A DNA stretch of 64,000 bases from Bacilli bacterium (GTDB lineage Bacteria; Bacillota_I; Bacilli_A; RF39; UBA660), in assembly GCA_017484125.1 (NCBI GenBank), contig JAFUTV010000011.1:14681-78680 (forward strand), read 5' to 3'. The position numbers and the translations under genes are program-made. Below, piece after piece: positions 17,331-25,971 of this stretch. Position 1 is the first letter of the stretch. Every line of letters starts with the position of its first letter. The notes beneath the pieces were generated by a model. That model saw only the letters and a program-made list of their open reading frames with translations, made no database searches and was not told the DNA's origin.

Positions 17331-19238
17331 ATGTTTTGGCAAGATAAGCAAGTAAGAATAAGATTTGTTGTATTAATAATTACATTTTTAATAATTACTA
17401 TAATAGTTAAAGTATTTTATATTGAAGTATTTCAATATAAAAAGTTAAACTCTTTAGCTAGTGATTTATGGTCTAGAAATCTTCCTATAACTGCTGATCG
17501 TGGCAAAATATTAGATAGAAATGGTAAAATTTTAGCAGATAATATTACAACAACATCTCTTTATTTAATTCCAAATCAAATAAAAGAAAAAGAAAAAGTT
17601 ACTCAAGAACTTGCTAGTATTCTTAATGTAAGTTATGAAGAAATGAAAGAACATGTTTTTAAAAAAACTTCTTTGGAAAGGGTCCATCCAGAAGGCAGAC
17701 AATTATCATTTGAAATAGCAGATAAAATAAATGCATTAAACTATGATGGAGTATACTTATTAAAAGAATCTAAAAGATATTATCCATATAAGAATTTAAT
17801 GGCTCAAACACTAGGATTTGTTGGAATAGATAATCAAGGATTATCAGGTTTAGAACTTAAGTACAATGATTATTTAACTGGAACTAATGGCTCTATTAAA
17901 TATTATAGTGATGCTAAGGGAAATAAACTTCCTGTATCTGAAGAATATAAAGAAGCAGTATCAGGACTTGATCTTACCTTAACAATTGATTTAGATTTAC
18001 AACAAGCAGTTGAACGAGAACTTGATAATGTTGTATCTAAATATAGTCCTGAAGCAGCTTTAGCAATAGCTATGGATCCACAAAGTGGTGAATTACTTGC
18101 AATATCTTCTAGACCAAATTATAATCCCAATTCTTATCAAACAACATCTTTAGAAATATTAAATAGAAATCTTCCTATTTGGATGACGTATGAGCCTGGT
18201 TCAACAATGAAAATAACTACACTTGCAGCATCACTCAATGAAGGTGTAGTAAATTTATTTGAAGATAACTTTTATGATAAAGGCTCTATTGAAGTAGATG
18301 GAGCACATCTTCATTGTTGGAAAAGGGGAGGACATGGTCAAGAAACATATTTACAAGTAGTTGAAAATTCATGTAATCCAGGTTTTGTATCATTGGGTTT
18401 AAAACTAGGAAAAGATAGATTATTCTCTTATATTAAAAATTATGGATTTGGTGAAAAAACAGGTATTGATTTAATTGGAGAAGAAAACGGTATTATATTT
18501 GACTTAGATAAGATTGGTAATGTAGAATTAGCCACAACTGCATTTGGTCAAGGTATTTCTGTTACGCCTATACAACAGGTAAGAGCAGTATCTGCATCAA
18601 TAAATGGTGGTACACTATATAGACCATATATATTAAAAAATATAAGTGATTCAACAACCAAACAAATAGTATTGGAAAATTCTTCAGAAATTATTAGACA
18701 GGTAATAACTAAAGAAACATCAGATATGGTTAGATTTGCACTAGAGAGTGTTGTTTCAAATGGTACTGGAAGAAATGCTTATATTGAAAACTATCGAGTT
18801 GGAGGAAAAACAGGAACAGCACAAAAGGTTAATAATGGAAGATATATGGTGGGAAATTATATTGTTTCTTTTATTGGGTTTATGCCAGCAGATAACCCCA
18901 GTATTGTTGTTTATGTTGCTATAGATAATCCTAAAGGTGTTACTCAATATGGTGGTACAGTTGCAGCACCTGTTGCTAAGGCTATTTTAGAAAGTTATAT
19001 TAATATAAAAAAACTTCCGCCAGCAAGTGATTTAATGCCTAAAGTATATAATTGGAATGATATTAAATATCAAGTATTACCTGATGTTGTTGGAAAGTCA
19101 TTAGAAGAAGCAAAAAAAATATTAAAAGGTTATACATTAGAGTATTCTGGTCAAGGAAATAAAATAATACACCAATCTCCAAGTGCTGGACTTTATGTAG
19201 AAGATAATTCTACTGTTAAATTAATGTTATCAAATTGA
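17331..19238 (+). CDS. spoVD: Class B penicillin-binding protein (SpoVD/FtsI-like) with one PASTA domain
   Basis: STMK, SCN and KTGTA motifs and a C-terminal PASTA domain (VLPDVVGKSLEEAKKIL). It is followed by mraY, as in the Bacillus dcw cluster. Ends in TGA. Confidence 0.8.
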   Translation: MFWQDKQVRIRFVVLIITFLIITIIVKVFYIEVFQYKKLNSLASDLWSRNLPITADRGKILDRNGKILADNITTTSLYLIPNQIKEKEKVTQELASILNVSYEEMKEHVFKKTSLERVHPEGRQLSFEIADKINALNYDGVYLLKESKRYYPYKNLMAQTLGFVGIDNQGLSGLELKYNDYLTGTNGSIKYYSDAKGNKLPVSEEYKEAVSGLDLTLTIDLDLQQAVERELDNVVSKYSPEAALAIAMDPQSGELLAISSRPNYNPNSYQTTSLEILNRNLPIWMTYEPGSTMKITTLAASLNEGVVNLFEDNFYDKGSIEVDGAHLHCWKRGGHGQETYLQVVENSCNPGFVSLGLKLGKDRLFSYIKNYGFGEKTGIDLIGEENGIIFDLDKIGNVELATTAFGQGISVTPIQQVRAVSASINGGTLYRPYILKNISDSTTKQIVLENSSEIIRQVITKETSDMVRFALESVVSNGTGRNAYIENYRVGGKTGTAQKVNNGRYMVGNYIVSFIGFMPADNPSIVVYVAIDNPKGVTQYGGTVAAPVAKAILESYINIKKLPPASDLMPKVYNWNDIKYQVLPDVVGKSLEEAKKILKGYTLEYSGQGNKIIHQSPSAGLYVEDNSTVKLMLSN

Positions 19239-19324
19239 CAAAATAAAATGTAAAATAAATAATATTGTTATTAAATAATCTATTTAATTGTAGTATAATT
19301 AATTTAAGAGTTAGGAGAGATATT

Positions 19325-20314
19325 ATGCTTATTTTAGCTAAATCAGCAATGGCTTTAATGCTAGGATTTATTTTAGCAATTGTTGTTGGACTTATATTTA
19401 TTCCTTTAATGAAAAAAATAGGCGCTGGACAACAAGTTAGTCATTCATTAAAAAAACACTTAAAAAAAGAAGGAACACCAACAATGGGAGGATTTATTTT
19501 TATAATCCCAACTATTTTGGCTATATTATTTCTTTGGCTGTATGGATCTCTTGAAATAACATCCAATATCATTATTGTTGTATTCGTATTTATTTCATAT
19601 GCAGCATTAGGATTTGCAGATGATTATTTAAAAATAAGATATAAAAATAATGTTGGTTTATCTAGATTATTTAAACTACTTATTCAAACATTAATAGCAT
19701 TGATCTTTTTCTATATATTTATAAGACATGGTGGGGATCCAACAATTGAAATATCATTTTTAAATATCAATATTAATTTGGGATGGATTTATGGTTTATT
19801 CATATTATTTTTATTAGTTGGTACTAGTAATGCCGTAAATTTAACCGATGGTTTAGATGGACTTGCAGGTGGCCTTTCTGCAATTGCATTTTTGGCTTAT
19901 GGCTTAATTGCTTGGTCAACATCTTGGCTTGCCGGTTATACTGAAATTGCTATATTTTGTTTTATATTAGTTGGTTCTTTACTTGGATTTTTATTATTTA
20001 ATTCTCATCCAGCAAAGGTATTTATGGGTGATACTGGTTCAATGGCACTTGGTGCAACACTTGCTGCAATTGCAATATTAACACGTCATGAAATTTCTTT
20101 AGCAGTTATTGGTGGTGTATTTGTTATTGAAACACTATCAACATTAATTCAAATAATAGCTATTAGAAAATTTCATAAGAGAGTATTTAAAAAAGCACCT
20201 TTACATCATCATTTTGAAGAATTAGATTGGCAAGAAACAGATATTGTAAAACTATTTTGGGTAGTAGGTTTAACACTTGCTATGATAATGATTACATACG
20301 GCGTATGGTTATAA
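19325..20314 (+). CDS. mraY: Phospho-N-acetylmuramoyl-pentapeptide transferase
   Basis: KEGTPTMGG, NAVNLTDGLDGLA, GDTGSMALGA and PLHHHFE motifs. ATG 19325 has an AGGAGA RBS, so the track's upstream start is rejected. Confidence 0.95.
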   Translation: MLILAKSAMALMLGFILAIVVGLIFIPLMKKIGAGQQVSHSLKKHLKKEGTPTMGGFIFIIPTILAILFLWLYGSLEITSNIIIVVFVFISYAALGFADDYLKIRYKNNVGLSRLFKLLIQTLIALIFFYIFIRHGGDPTIEISFLNININLGWIYGLFILFLLVGTSNAVNLTDGLDGLAGGLSAIAFLAYGLIAWSTSWLAGYTEIAIFCFILVGSLLGFLLFNSHPAKVFMGDTGSMALGATLAAIAILTRHEISLAVIGGVFVIETLSTLIQIIAIRKFHKRVFKKAPLHHHFEELDWQETDIVKLFWVVGLTLAMIMITYGVWL

Positions 20315-20315
20315 T

Positions 20316-20341
20316 AAGAAGTCTATTAAGACTTCTTTTTT
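20316..20341 (+). terminator. Rho-independent terminator after mraY
   Basis: AAGAAGTCT / AGACTTCTT stem followed by a T run. Confidence 0.7.
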
Positions 20342-20367
20342 CATATTATTAATAAGGAGATAAACAC

Positions 20368-21468
20368 ATGAAAAAAATAAAGGATAATATTCTTCTTATA
20401 ACAACTATTTTATTATGTTTATTTGGAATAACAATGATTTACTCATCATCATATGTTTGGTCAATATATAAATTTAATAATCCATATAAATATTTAATAT
20501 CACAAGCTATATTTTTTATTGTAGGTTTAGTACTTATGTTCATATTAAAAAAAATTGATTATCATTTATATGAAAAACATGCCAATAAAATATTATTAGT
20601 ATGTATAATACTTTTAATACTTGTTCTAATACCTGGTGTTGGAAAAATAAGAAATGGATCTCGAAGTTGGTTTGGCTTTGGACCTTTTGGAATACAACCA
20701 TCAGAGTTTTCTAAGATAGGATTAATAATATTTGTATCAAAATATTTATCAAAAAATAATAAAGATATTAAAGATATAAAAAAAGGAATATTTCCAATTC
20801 TTAGTATTATTATTTTTTTCTTTTTTCTTATTATGTTAGAACCAGATTTTGGTCAGGGAATGGTTATTGTTTTATCTTTATTATTAATAATATTTGTTAG
20901 TGGTACAAAGTTATCATTTTTTATAAAGTGTTTTATCTTGGGATTACTTTGTATAATTGGACTTATTATAGTTGCTCCATATCGTATGGCAAGGATAGTA
21001 TCTTATTTAAATCCTTGGACAGATCCTTTAGGTAGTGGTTTTCAAATAATACAAAGTCTATATGCCATTGGCCCTTCAGGATTACTTGGCTCAGGATTAG
21101 GTAATTCAATACAAAAACACTTTTATTTACCAGAGCCACAAACAGATTTTATATTTGCAATTATATCTGAAGAATTTGGATTTTTAGGTATATTATTAAT
21201 AACATCGATGTTTATGATTATATTTTATAAATCAATAAAAATATCATTATCATCAAGTGATTTATTCAGTAAATATTTAGTATTTGGATTATCGTCTCAA
21301 ATTATTATTCAAGCAACACTTAATTTAGCAGTAGTAGTAGGACTAATTCCTGTAACTGGGGTTACTTTACCATTTATATCATATGGTGGATCATCACTTT
21401 TAGTAAGTTTGATGAGTATTGGAATAATACTAGGGATAGAAAAATCAAATAAAAAAACTGATTTTTAA
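20368..21468 (+). CDS. ftsW: SEDS-family peptidoglycan polymerase (FtsW/SpoVE-like)
   Basis: QPSEFSKI, PEPQTDFIFAIISEEFG and LPFISYGGSS motifs are present. Confidence 0.9.
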   Translation: MKKIKDNILLITTILLCLFGITMIYSSSYVWSIYKFNNPYKYLISQAIFFIVGLVLMFILKKIDYHLYEKHANKILLVCIILLILVLIPGVGKIRNGSRSWFGFGPFGIQPSEFSKIGLIIFVSKYLSKNNKDIKDIKKGIFPILSIIIFFFFLIMLEPDFGQGMVIVLSLLLIIFVSGTKLSFFIKCFILGLLCIIGLIIVAPYRMARIVSYLNPWTDPLGSGFQIIQSLYAIGPSGLLGSGLGNSIQKHFYLPEPQTDFIFAIISEEFGFLGILLITSMFMIIFYKSIKISLSSSDLFSKYLVFGLSSQIIIQATLNLAVVVGLIPVTGVTLPFISYGGSSLLVSLMSIGIILGIEKSNKKTDF

Positions 21469-21521
21469 CTTACGAAAATATTTTTAAAATGTTACAATTA
21501 TATTGTAAGTAGGTGAAATAG

Positions 21522-21995
21522 ATGTTTAAAATAAATAGTCATGTTTTATATAATTGTAATGTGTGTAAAGTAAAAGATATTGTTAAAAATAGTGATAAAG
21601 ATTATTATGTTCTAGTGCCAATTAATGATGAATCATTAACTATAAAAGCACCACTTACTCAAGAAAATATAAGAAAATTATTATCTAAAAAAGAAATTAA
21701 TAGACTCATTAATAATATGCCTAATATTAAAACAATTAACTATCCAAATCATCAATTAGAAGCTGAATATAAAAAATTACTTAACACTGGAAATAGAGAA
21801 GATTTAGTAAGAATTATTAAAACAACATATTTAAGAAATAAAGAAAGATTAGATAGTGGTAAGAAAAAAGGAGAAAAAGATAATACATATATGCTTTTAG
21901 CAGAAAAATCTTTATATAGTGAAATAGGTACTGTATTAAACATGTCATTAGATGATGCTAAAGAATATGTAATAAATAAGATTAATAAAAAATAA
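21522..21995 (+). CDS. CarD/CdnL-family RNA-polymerase-binding regulator
   Basis: N-terminal Tudor-like segment (FKINSHVLYNCNVCKVKDIV ... YYVL) and a helical C-terminal domain. The size fits. Confidence 0.65.
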   Translation: MFKINSHVLYNCNVCKVKDIVKNSDKDYYVLVPINDESLTIKAPLTQENIRKLLSKKEINRLINNMPNIKTINYPNHQLEAEYKKLLNTGNREDLVRIIKTTYLRNKERLDSGKKKGEKDNTYMLLAEKSLYSEIGTVLNMSLDDAKEYVINKINKK

Positions 21996-22074
21996 CATTT
22001 TAAAAGAATATTAGTTCTTTTTTTTTATTTTTTATTATGGTAAAATAAAAATAGTAGAAATGAGATGTAGAAGT

Positions 22075-23007
22075 ATGAGTAAAAAGAAATTAAGCATTGT
22101 AGTATCTTGCTTTAATGAAGAAGAAGCTCTTCCTATGTTTTATAAAGCAATATCAAATGTTGCTGAAAAAATGGATAACTTAGATTTTGAATTTTTGTTT
22201 GTTGATGATGGGTCATCTGACAATACATTAAAGTTATTAAAAAAATATAGTAGTCATGATGATAAAGTAAGATTTATATCATTTTCAAGAAACTTTGGAA
22301 AAGAAGCTGCAATGTATGCTGGTCTTAAAGAATCTACTGGAGATTATATCACGGTAATGGATGCTGATTTACAAGACCCACCATCACTACTTCCTGAAAT
22401 GTATCGCCTTATTGCTTTAGAGGGGTATGATATTGTTGCAACAAGAAGAGTATCAAGATCTGGTGAACCTAAAATCAGAAGTTTTTTTGCAAGACAATTC
22501 TATAAATTAATTAACAAAATGACTGATAGAGTTGAAATAGTTGATGGCGCTAGAGATTTTAGACTAATGACTAGACAAGTAGTTGATTCAATACTTTCAC
22601 TTGGTGAATATAATAGATTTTCTAAAGGTTTGTTTTCCTTTGTTGGTTTTAAAACTAAATATTTAGAATATGAAAATATTAAGAGAATTGCTGGAAATAC
22701 TAAATGGTCTTTCATGGGACTATTTAAGTATGCAATTGATGGTATTATTGCATTTACTACTATGCCTCTTTCATGGCCAATATATTTTGGAGTATTATTT
22801 ATATTTATTTCTTTAATATTATTTATTATTATGATATGTAAATCATTTATAGTTTCATCTTTATTTGCAATAATTACTTTATTACTATTTATATTTGGAT
22901 TATTATTTGTTTTTGTGGGCAATATAGGACTTTATTTGGCTAAAGATTATTTAGAGAATAAAAAAAGACCAATATATATTGTCAAAGAAACAGATAAAGA
23001 TTTATAG
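22075..23007 (+). CDS. GT2 polyprenyl-phosphate glycosyltransferase (GtrB/CsbB-like)
   Basis: LSIVVSCFNEE, DDGSSDNT, DADLQDPP and two C-terminal TM helices. The start could be 22060 or 22075. Confidence 0.85.
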   Translation: MSKKKLSIVVSCFNEEEALPMFYKAISNVAEKMDNLDFEFLFVDDGSSDNTLKLLKKYSSHDDKVRFISFSRNFGKEAAMYAGLKESTGDYITVMDADLQDPPSLLPEMYRLIALEGYDIVATRRVSRSGEPKIRSFFARQFYKLINKMTDRVEIVDGARDFRLMTRQVVDSILSLGEYNRFSKGLFSFVGFKTKYLEYENIKRIAGNTKWSFMGLFKYAIDGIIAFTTMPLSWPIYFGVLFIFISLILFIIMICKSFIVSSLFAIITLLLFIFGLLFVFVGNIGLYLAKDYLENKKRPIYIVKETDKDL

Positions 23008-23015
23008 GAGGAAAT

Positions 23016-24473
23016 ATGGGAGTTATTTTTACATTTTTAATGGGCTTATTTATGGCACTTGAACCTATTACTGATAATGACTGGTTTTGGCATTATGTTA
23101 TAGGTAATATAATAGATGTTTCTCATACCATCCCAAAATCAGAAATGTTTTCCTGGTTTGGAAATTATTCGTGGACTGCCCATGAATGGTTAACTGAATT
23201 TGTTATGTATAAACTAGGTCCTGTCGGAGACTTAGTAATAATGTTAGTTATATTTTTGCTACTTTATATTTTAATGGCTAAAATGCTAAAAGTTAAATTA
23301 AAAAAAATATTTGATTTTAAATTATGTTATTTACTTTTAATGACAGTATTTTTTAAAGTAACAGGTCCTCGTCCATATATATTAAGTTTACTTATGATGG
23401 CTTACTTAGTTTATGTATTATTTAATTATTTGGATGATAAAAAACATTTTGATAAATTGATATATACTATTCCAATACTTCAAATAGTGTGGGTAAATTT
23501 TCATGGTGGTTCATCATCTCTTGCTTATATATTTATAATTGGTGTATTACTATGTGATATCTTCTTAAAAATATTTAAATTCGATGAAGAAAGATGGACT
23601 TCATTTAAATTAAGTAAAAAGCAAACAAAAACATTAGTAATAGTTTTAGTATTAACCTTATTAGCTACTTGTTTAAATCCATTTGGATATACAATGCTTG
23701 CTTATCCATTTACTAATATGGCTGATCAAAATATGATTGAATATATAGTAGAATGGCAATCAGCAAGTTTCCATGGTATGTTTGGTATATATATATTTAT
23801 AATTGTAGCTTTTCCATTAATTAATTTAATATTGCAACATAAAAAAATGAAATTACATGAAATAGCATTTCAATTATTATTACTATTTATGTGTATGAGA
23901 AGTCAAAGATTTATTGGAATGTATGGAATATATTCAACATGGACATTAGGTAAGTATTTCTTTGTTAGCGATGATATGTACAAATATTTAAAAAATCCAT
24001 TTAAAAAAGTGGAAAAATTGATTTTAATTTGTTTTTGCATTGTATTAGTTGGAGTTACTGCCGTAGTTGGATACAAGCAAATTAATTCATTTAGAAATCA
24101 AGGATTAATTGATAATGATGGATTTTATAGTGATGAGGCAATTAGGAAAATTATTGAATTAAAACCTAAGAGAATGTATAATGATTATTCTCAAGGTGGA
24201 TATTTACTTTATAAACTAAATGAATTTAATGCATTATCTGATATTAAAATATTTGCATATGGCTTAGGTGATGTTTTTTCTAAAGATGTGTTACCAGATG
24301 CAAGAAATTTAGAAAATCTTGATACTAATCCAAGAGAAATAATTGAAAAATATAATTTTGATGTAATTCTTACAACAGTTAAACATCCTATGCATTATTT
24401 CTTAGAAGAAATGGATGATTACAGTTTATATTATAGTGATAAAATGTGCTTTATTTATGTAAAAAATATTTAA
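23016..24473 (+). CDS. Polytopic membrane protein, probable GT-C-type glycosyltransferase partner of the GT2 enzyme
   Basis: About 10-12 TM helices followed by a soluble C-terminal domain. It is adjacent to a GtrB/CsbB-like gene, analogous to csbB-yfhO or gtrB-gtrC. No diagnostic motif was recognised. Confidence 0.4.
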   Translation: MGVIFTFLMGLFMALEPITDNDWFWHYVIGNIIDVSHTIPKSEMFSWFGNYSWTAHEWLTEFVMYKLGPVGDLVIMLVIFLLLYILMAKMLKVKLKKIFDFKLCYLLLMTVFFKVTGPRPYILSLLMMAYLVYVLFNYLDDKKHFDKLIYTIPILQIVWVNFHGGSSSLAYIFIIGVLLCDIFLKIFKFDEERWTSFKLSKKQTKTLVIVLVLTLLATCLNPFGYTMLAYPFTNMADQNMIEYIVEWQSASFHGMFGIYIFIIVAFPLINLILQHKKMKLHEIAFQLLLLFMCMRSQRFIGMYGIYSTWTLGKYFFVSDDMYKYLKNPFKKVEKLILICFCIVLVGVTAVVGYKQINSFRNQGLIDNDGFYSDEAIRKIIELKPKRMYNDYSQGGYLLYKLNEFNALSDIKIFAYGLGDVFSKDVLPDARNLENLDTNPREIIEKYNFDVILTTVKHPMHYFLEEMDDYSLYYSDKMCFIYVKNI

Positions 24474-24498
24474 GATAAGTTTTAATAACTTATCTTTT
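24472..24498 (+). terminator. Rho-independent terminator
   Basis: AAGATAAGTT / AACTTATCTT 10-bp stem followed by Ts. Confidence 0.65.
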
Positions 24499-24547
24499 CT
24501 TGTTTAATAAATTAAAATATGATATATTTATAATAGGTGATAGTAAG

Positions 24548-25045
24548 ATGAAAAAAATAATTATTTTTGGTATAATTGGTGTTTTACTTATCTATGGATT
24601 TGTTTTTTATTATAAATATGTATATGTTCCAACAGGACAAGAATTTGATGTTAAATTTAGTAATCTTAAAGAAGGTGAAGTTAAAGGCCTTGTTGACGTT
24701 GAAAAAGTTGAATTAACTGATCATGGATTATACACTAGATCTAAATTTATGAAATCCGGAGATTCATTTACATATACTTTTGATGTTACTAATGATGGAA
24801 CAATAAATGCTGAACTTAAGGCAGAACCAATAAAAATGATGCTTGATCAATATTTTAAAAGTCATATTGTTTATGAAATAACGTATGCTGATGGCTCAAG
24901 AATTTCAAAAGGTGATATGTTAAATGTTGGAGACGTAAAAACATTTAAAGTAACAATAACTTATAAAAGGTCAGCTGACATGGCAACACAAGATAGCCAA
25001 TTTTATGAAAGTAATATTTACTTATTATATTTACAAAAAAGATAG
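24548..25045 (+). CDS. N-terminally anchored secreted protein of unknown function, first gene of the pilin-like operon
   Basis: AGGTGA RBS before ATG 24548. One TM helix, then a beta-rich domain (SFTYTFDVTNDGTINAEL, FKVTITYKR). Confidence 0.6.
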   Translation: MKKIIIFGIIGVLLIYGFVFYYKYVYVPTGQEFDVKFSNLKEGEVKGLVDVEKVELTDHGLYTRSKFMKSGDSFTYTFDVTNDGTINAELKAEPIKMMLDQYFKSHIVYEITYADGSRISKGDMLNVGDVKTFKVTITYKRSADMATQDSQFYESNIYLLYLQKR

Positions 25046-25059
25046 AAGGGAAAATAATT

Positions 25060-25503
25060 ATGAAAAAGAATATTATAATTATTATTTTATCAATCATCTT
25101 ATTAGTATTGATTATATTAACATTTACAATCAAATATGAAAGTATTTGTGAAGAAAAAGAAAATGAATATATTTGCACTGGTACAAGAAATATATTTGAT
25201 GAAGATAATAATATAATAGATAAGCAAGATGTAAAAAATATTATCCAATATGATAATACAGGACAAGTAACACATTATTATACAGGATATATAAATCATT
25301 ATTCATCACCATCAGATTGTGATAAAGATGTAGAATATATGAAAAAAAATGGTTTTACTTTTTCTAAAGAAGATAAAACTAGTATATTCATTTATGATGA
25401 TAATATAAATAACGAAGAAGAGGATTACAAGATTTGGTTTAAAGATTTAATTGAAGATGTAAATAATGAAGAATATAATATAACATGTAAAAAGAGTAAA
25501 TGA
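25060..25503 (+). CDS. Small membrane-anchored Cys-containing protein (paralogue A)
   Basis: MKKNIIIIIL TM anchor. Shares IIQYDNTGQVTHYYTGYINHY, TSIFIY and KIWFKDLIED with the next ORF. Confidence 0.6.
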   Translation: MKKNIIIIILSIILLVLIILTFTIKYESICEEKENEYICTGTRNIFDEDNNIIDKQDVKNIIQYDNTGQVTHYYTGYINHYSSPSDCDKDVEYMKKNGFTFSKEDKTSIFIYDDNINNEEEDYKIWFKDLIEDVNNEEYNITCKKSK

Positions 25504-25526
25504 TATAGCTAGGGTGGGAGATTATA

Positions 25527-25961
25527 ATGAAAAAAAACATTATTATAATAATATTAATAGTTTTAATACTAATATTTGGATTTGTTTTGATATTTAAAAG
25601 TTTAAATAAAAATAATAATTGTCTAACTAATCAAAGCAAAACAAGTAAAGTTATATGTACAAAAGATGTTGTAAAAAATGAAAATATAACATTTGATAAA
25701 TATAAAGAAATAATAGAATTTAATGAAGAAGGAACAATAATTAATTATTATTCAGGAATAATTGTTCATTTTGAAAGTAAAGATGAGTATGATAAAGCAA
25801 TTGAGAGCATAAAAAATCAAAATGTCTCTTTTACTGAGGAAGAAAATTTAACTATATTTATTTATACTAATTTGTATGAATATGATGATACTTATAAAAA
25901 TGTATGGTATAAACATATTCTTGATAATAAAAAAATAGAAAATTATAATTGTGTAGAGTAA
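25527..25961 (+). CDS. Small membrane-anchored Cys-containing protein (paralogue B)
   Basis: Same architecture as 25060-25503 (IIEFNEEGTIINYYSGIIVHF, LTIFIY, NVWYKHILDN), so this is a tandem duplicate. Confidence 0.6.
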   Translation: MKKNIIIIILIVLILIFGFVLIFKSLNKNNNCLTNQSKTSKVICTKDVVKNENITFDKYKEIIEFNEEGTIINYYSGIIVHFESKDEYDKAIESIKNQNVSFTEEENLTIFIYTNLYEYDDTYKNVWYKHILDNKKIENYNCVE

Positions 25962-25971
25962 TATCAAAAGA

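Noticed and set aside
22500-22922. A 140-aa antisense ORF, plus similar antisense ORFs at 1400-1654, 1690-1896, 6605-6793, 12584-12772, 13921-14106, 18756-18947, 21752-21943, 24945-25178, 25117-25299, 25848-26177, 30894-31094, 33359-33604, 35294-35509, 40927-41124, 44527-44775, 48510-48728, 49014-49325, 49516-49740, 50663-50896, 51913-52146, 52572-52754, 53690-54067, 57880-58089 and 61524-61775.
   Set aside because: All overlap well-supported genes on the opposite strand. Their products are the low-complexity Ile/Phe/Leu/Asn-rich sequences expected from an AT-rich reverse complement, and none has a convincing RBS.
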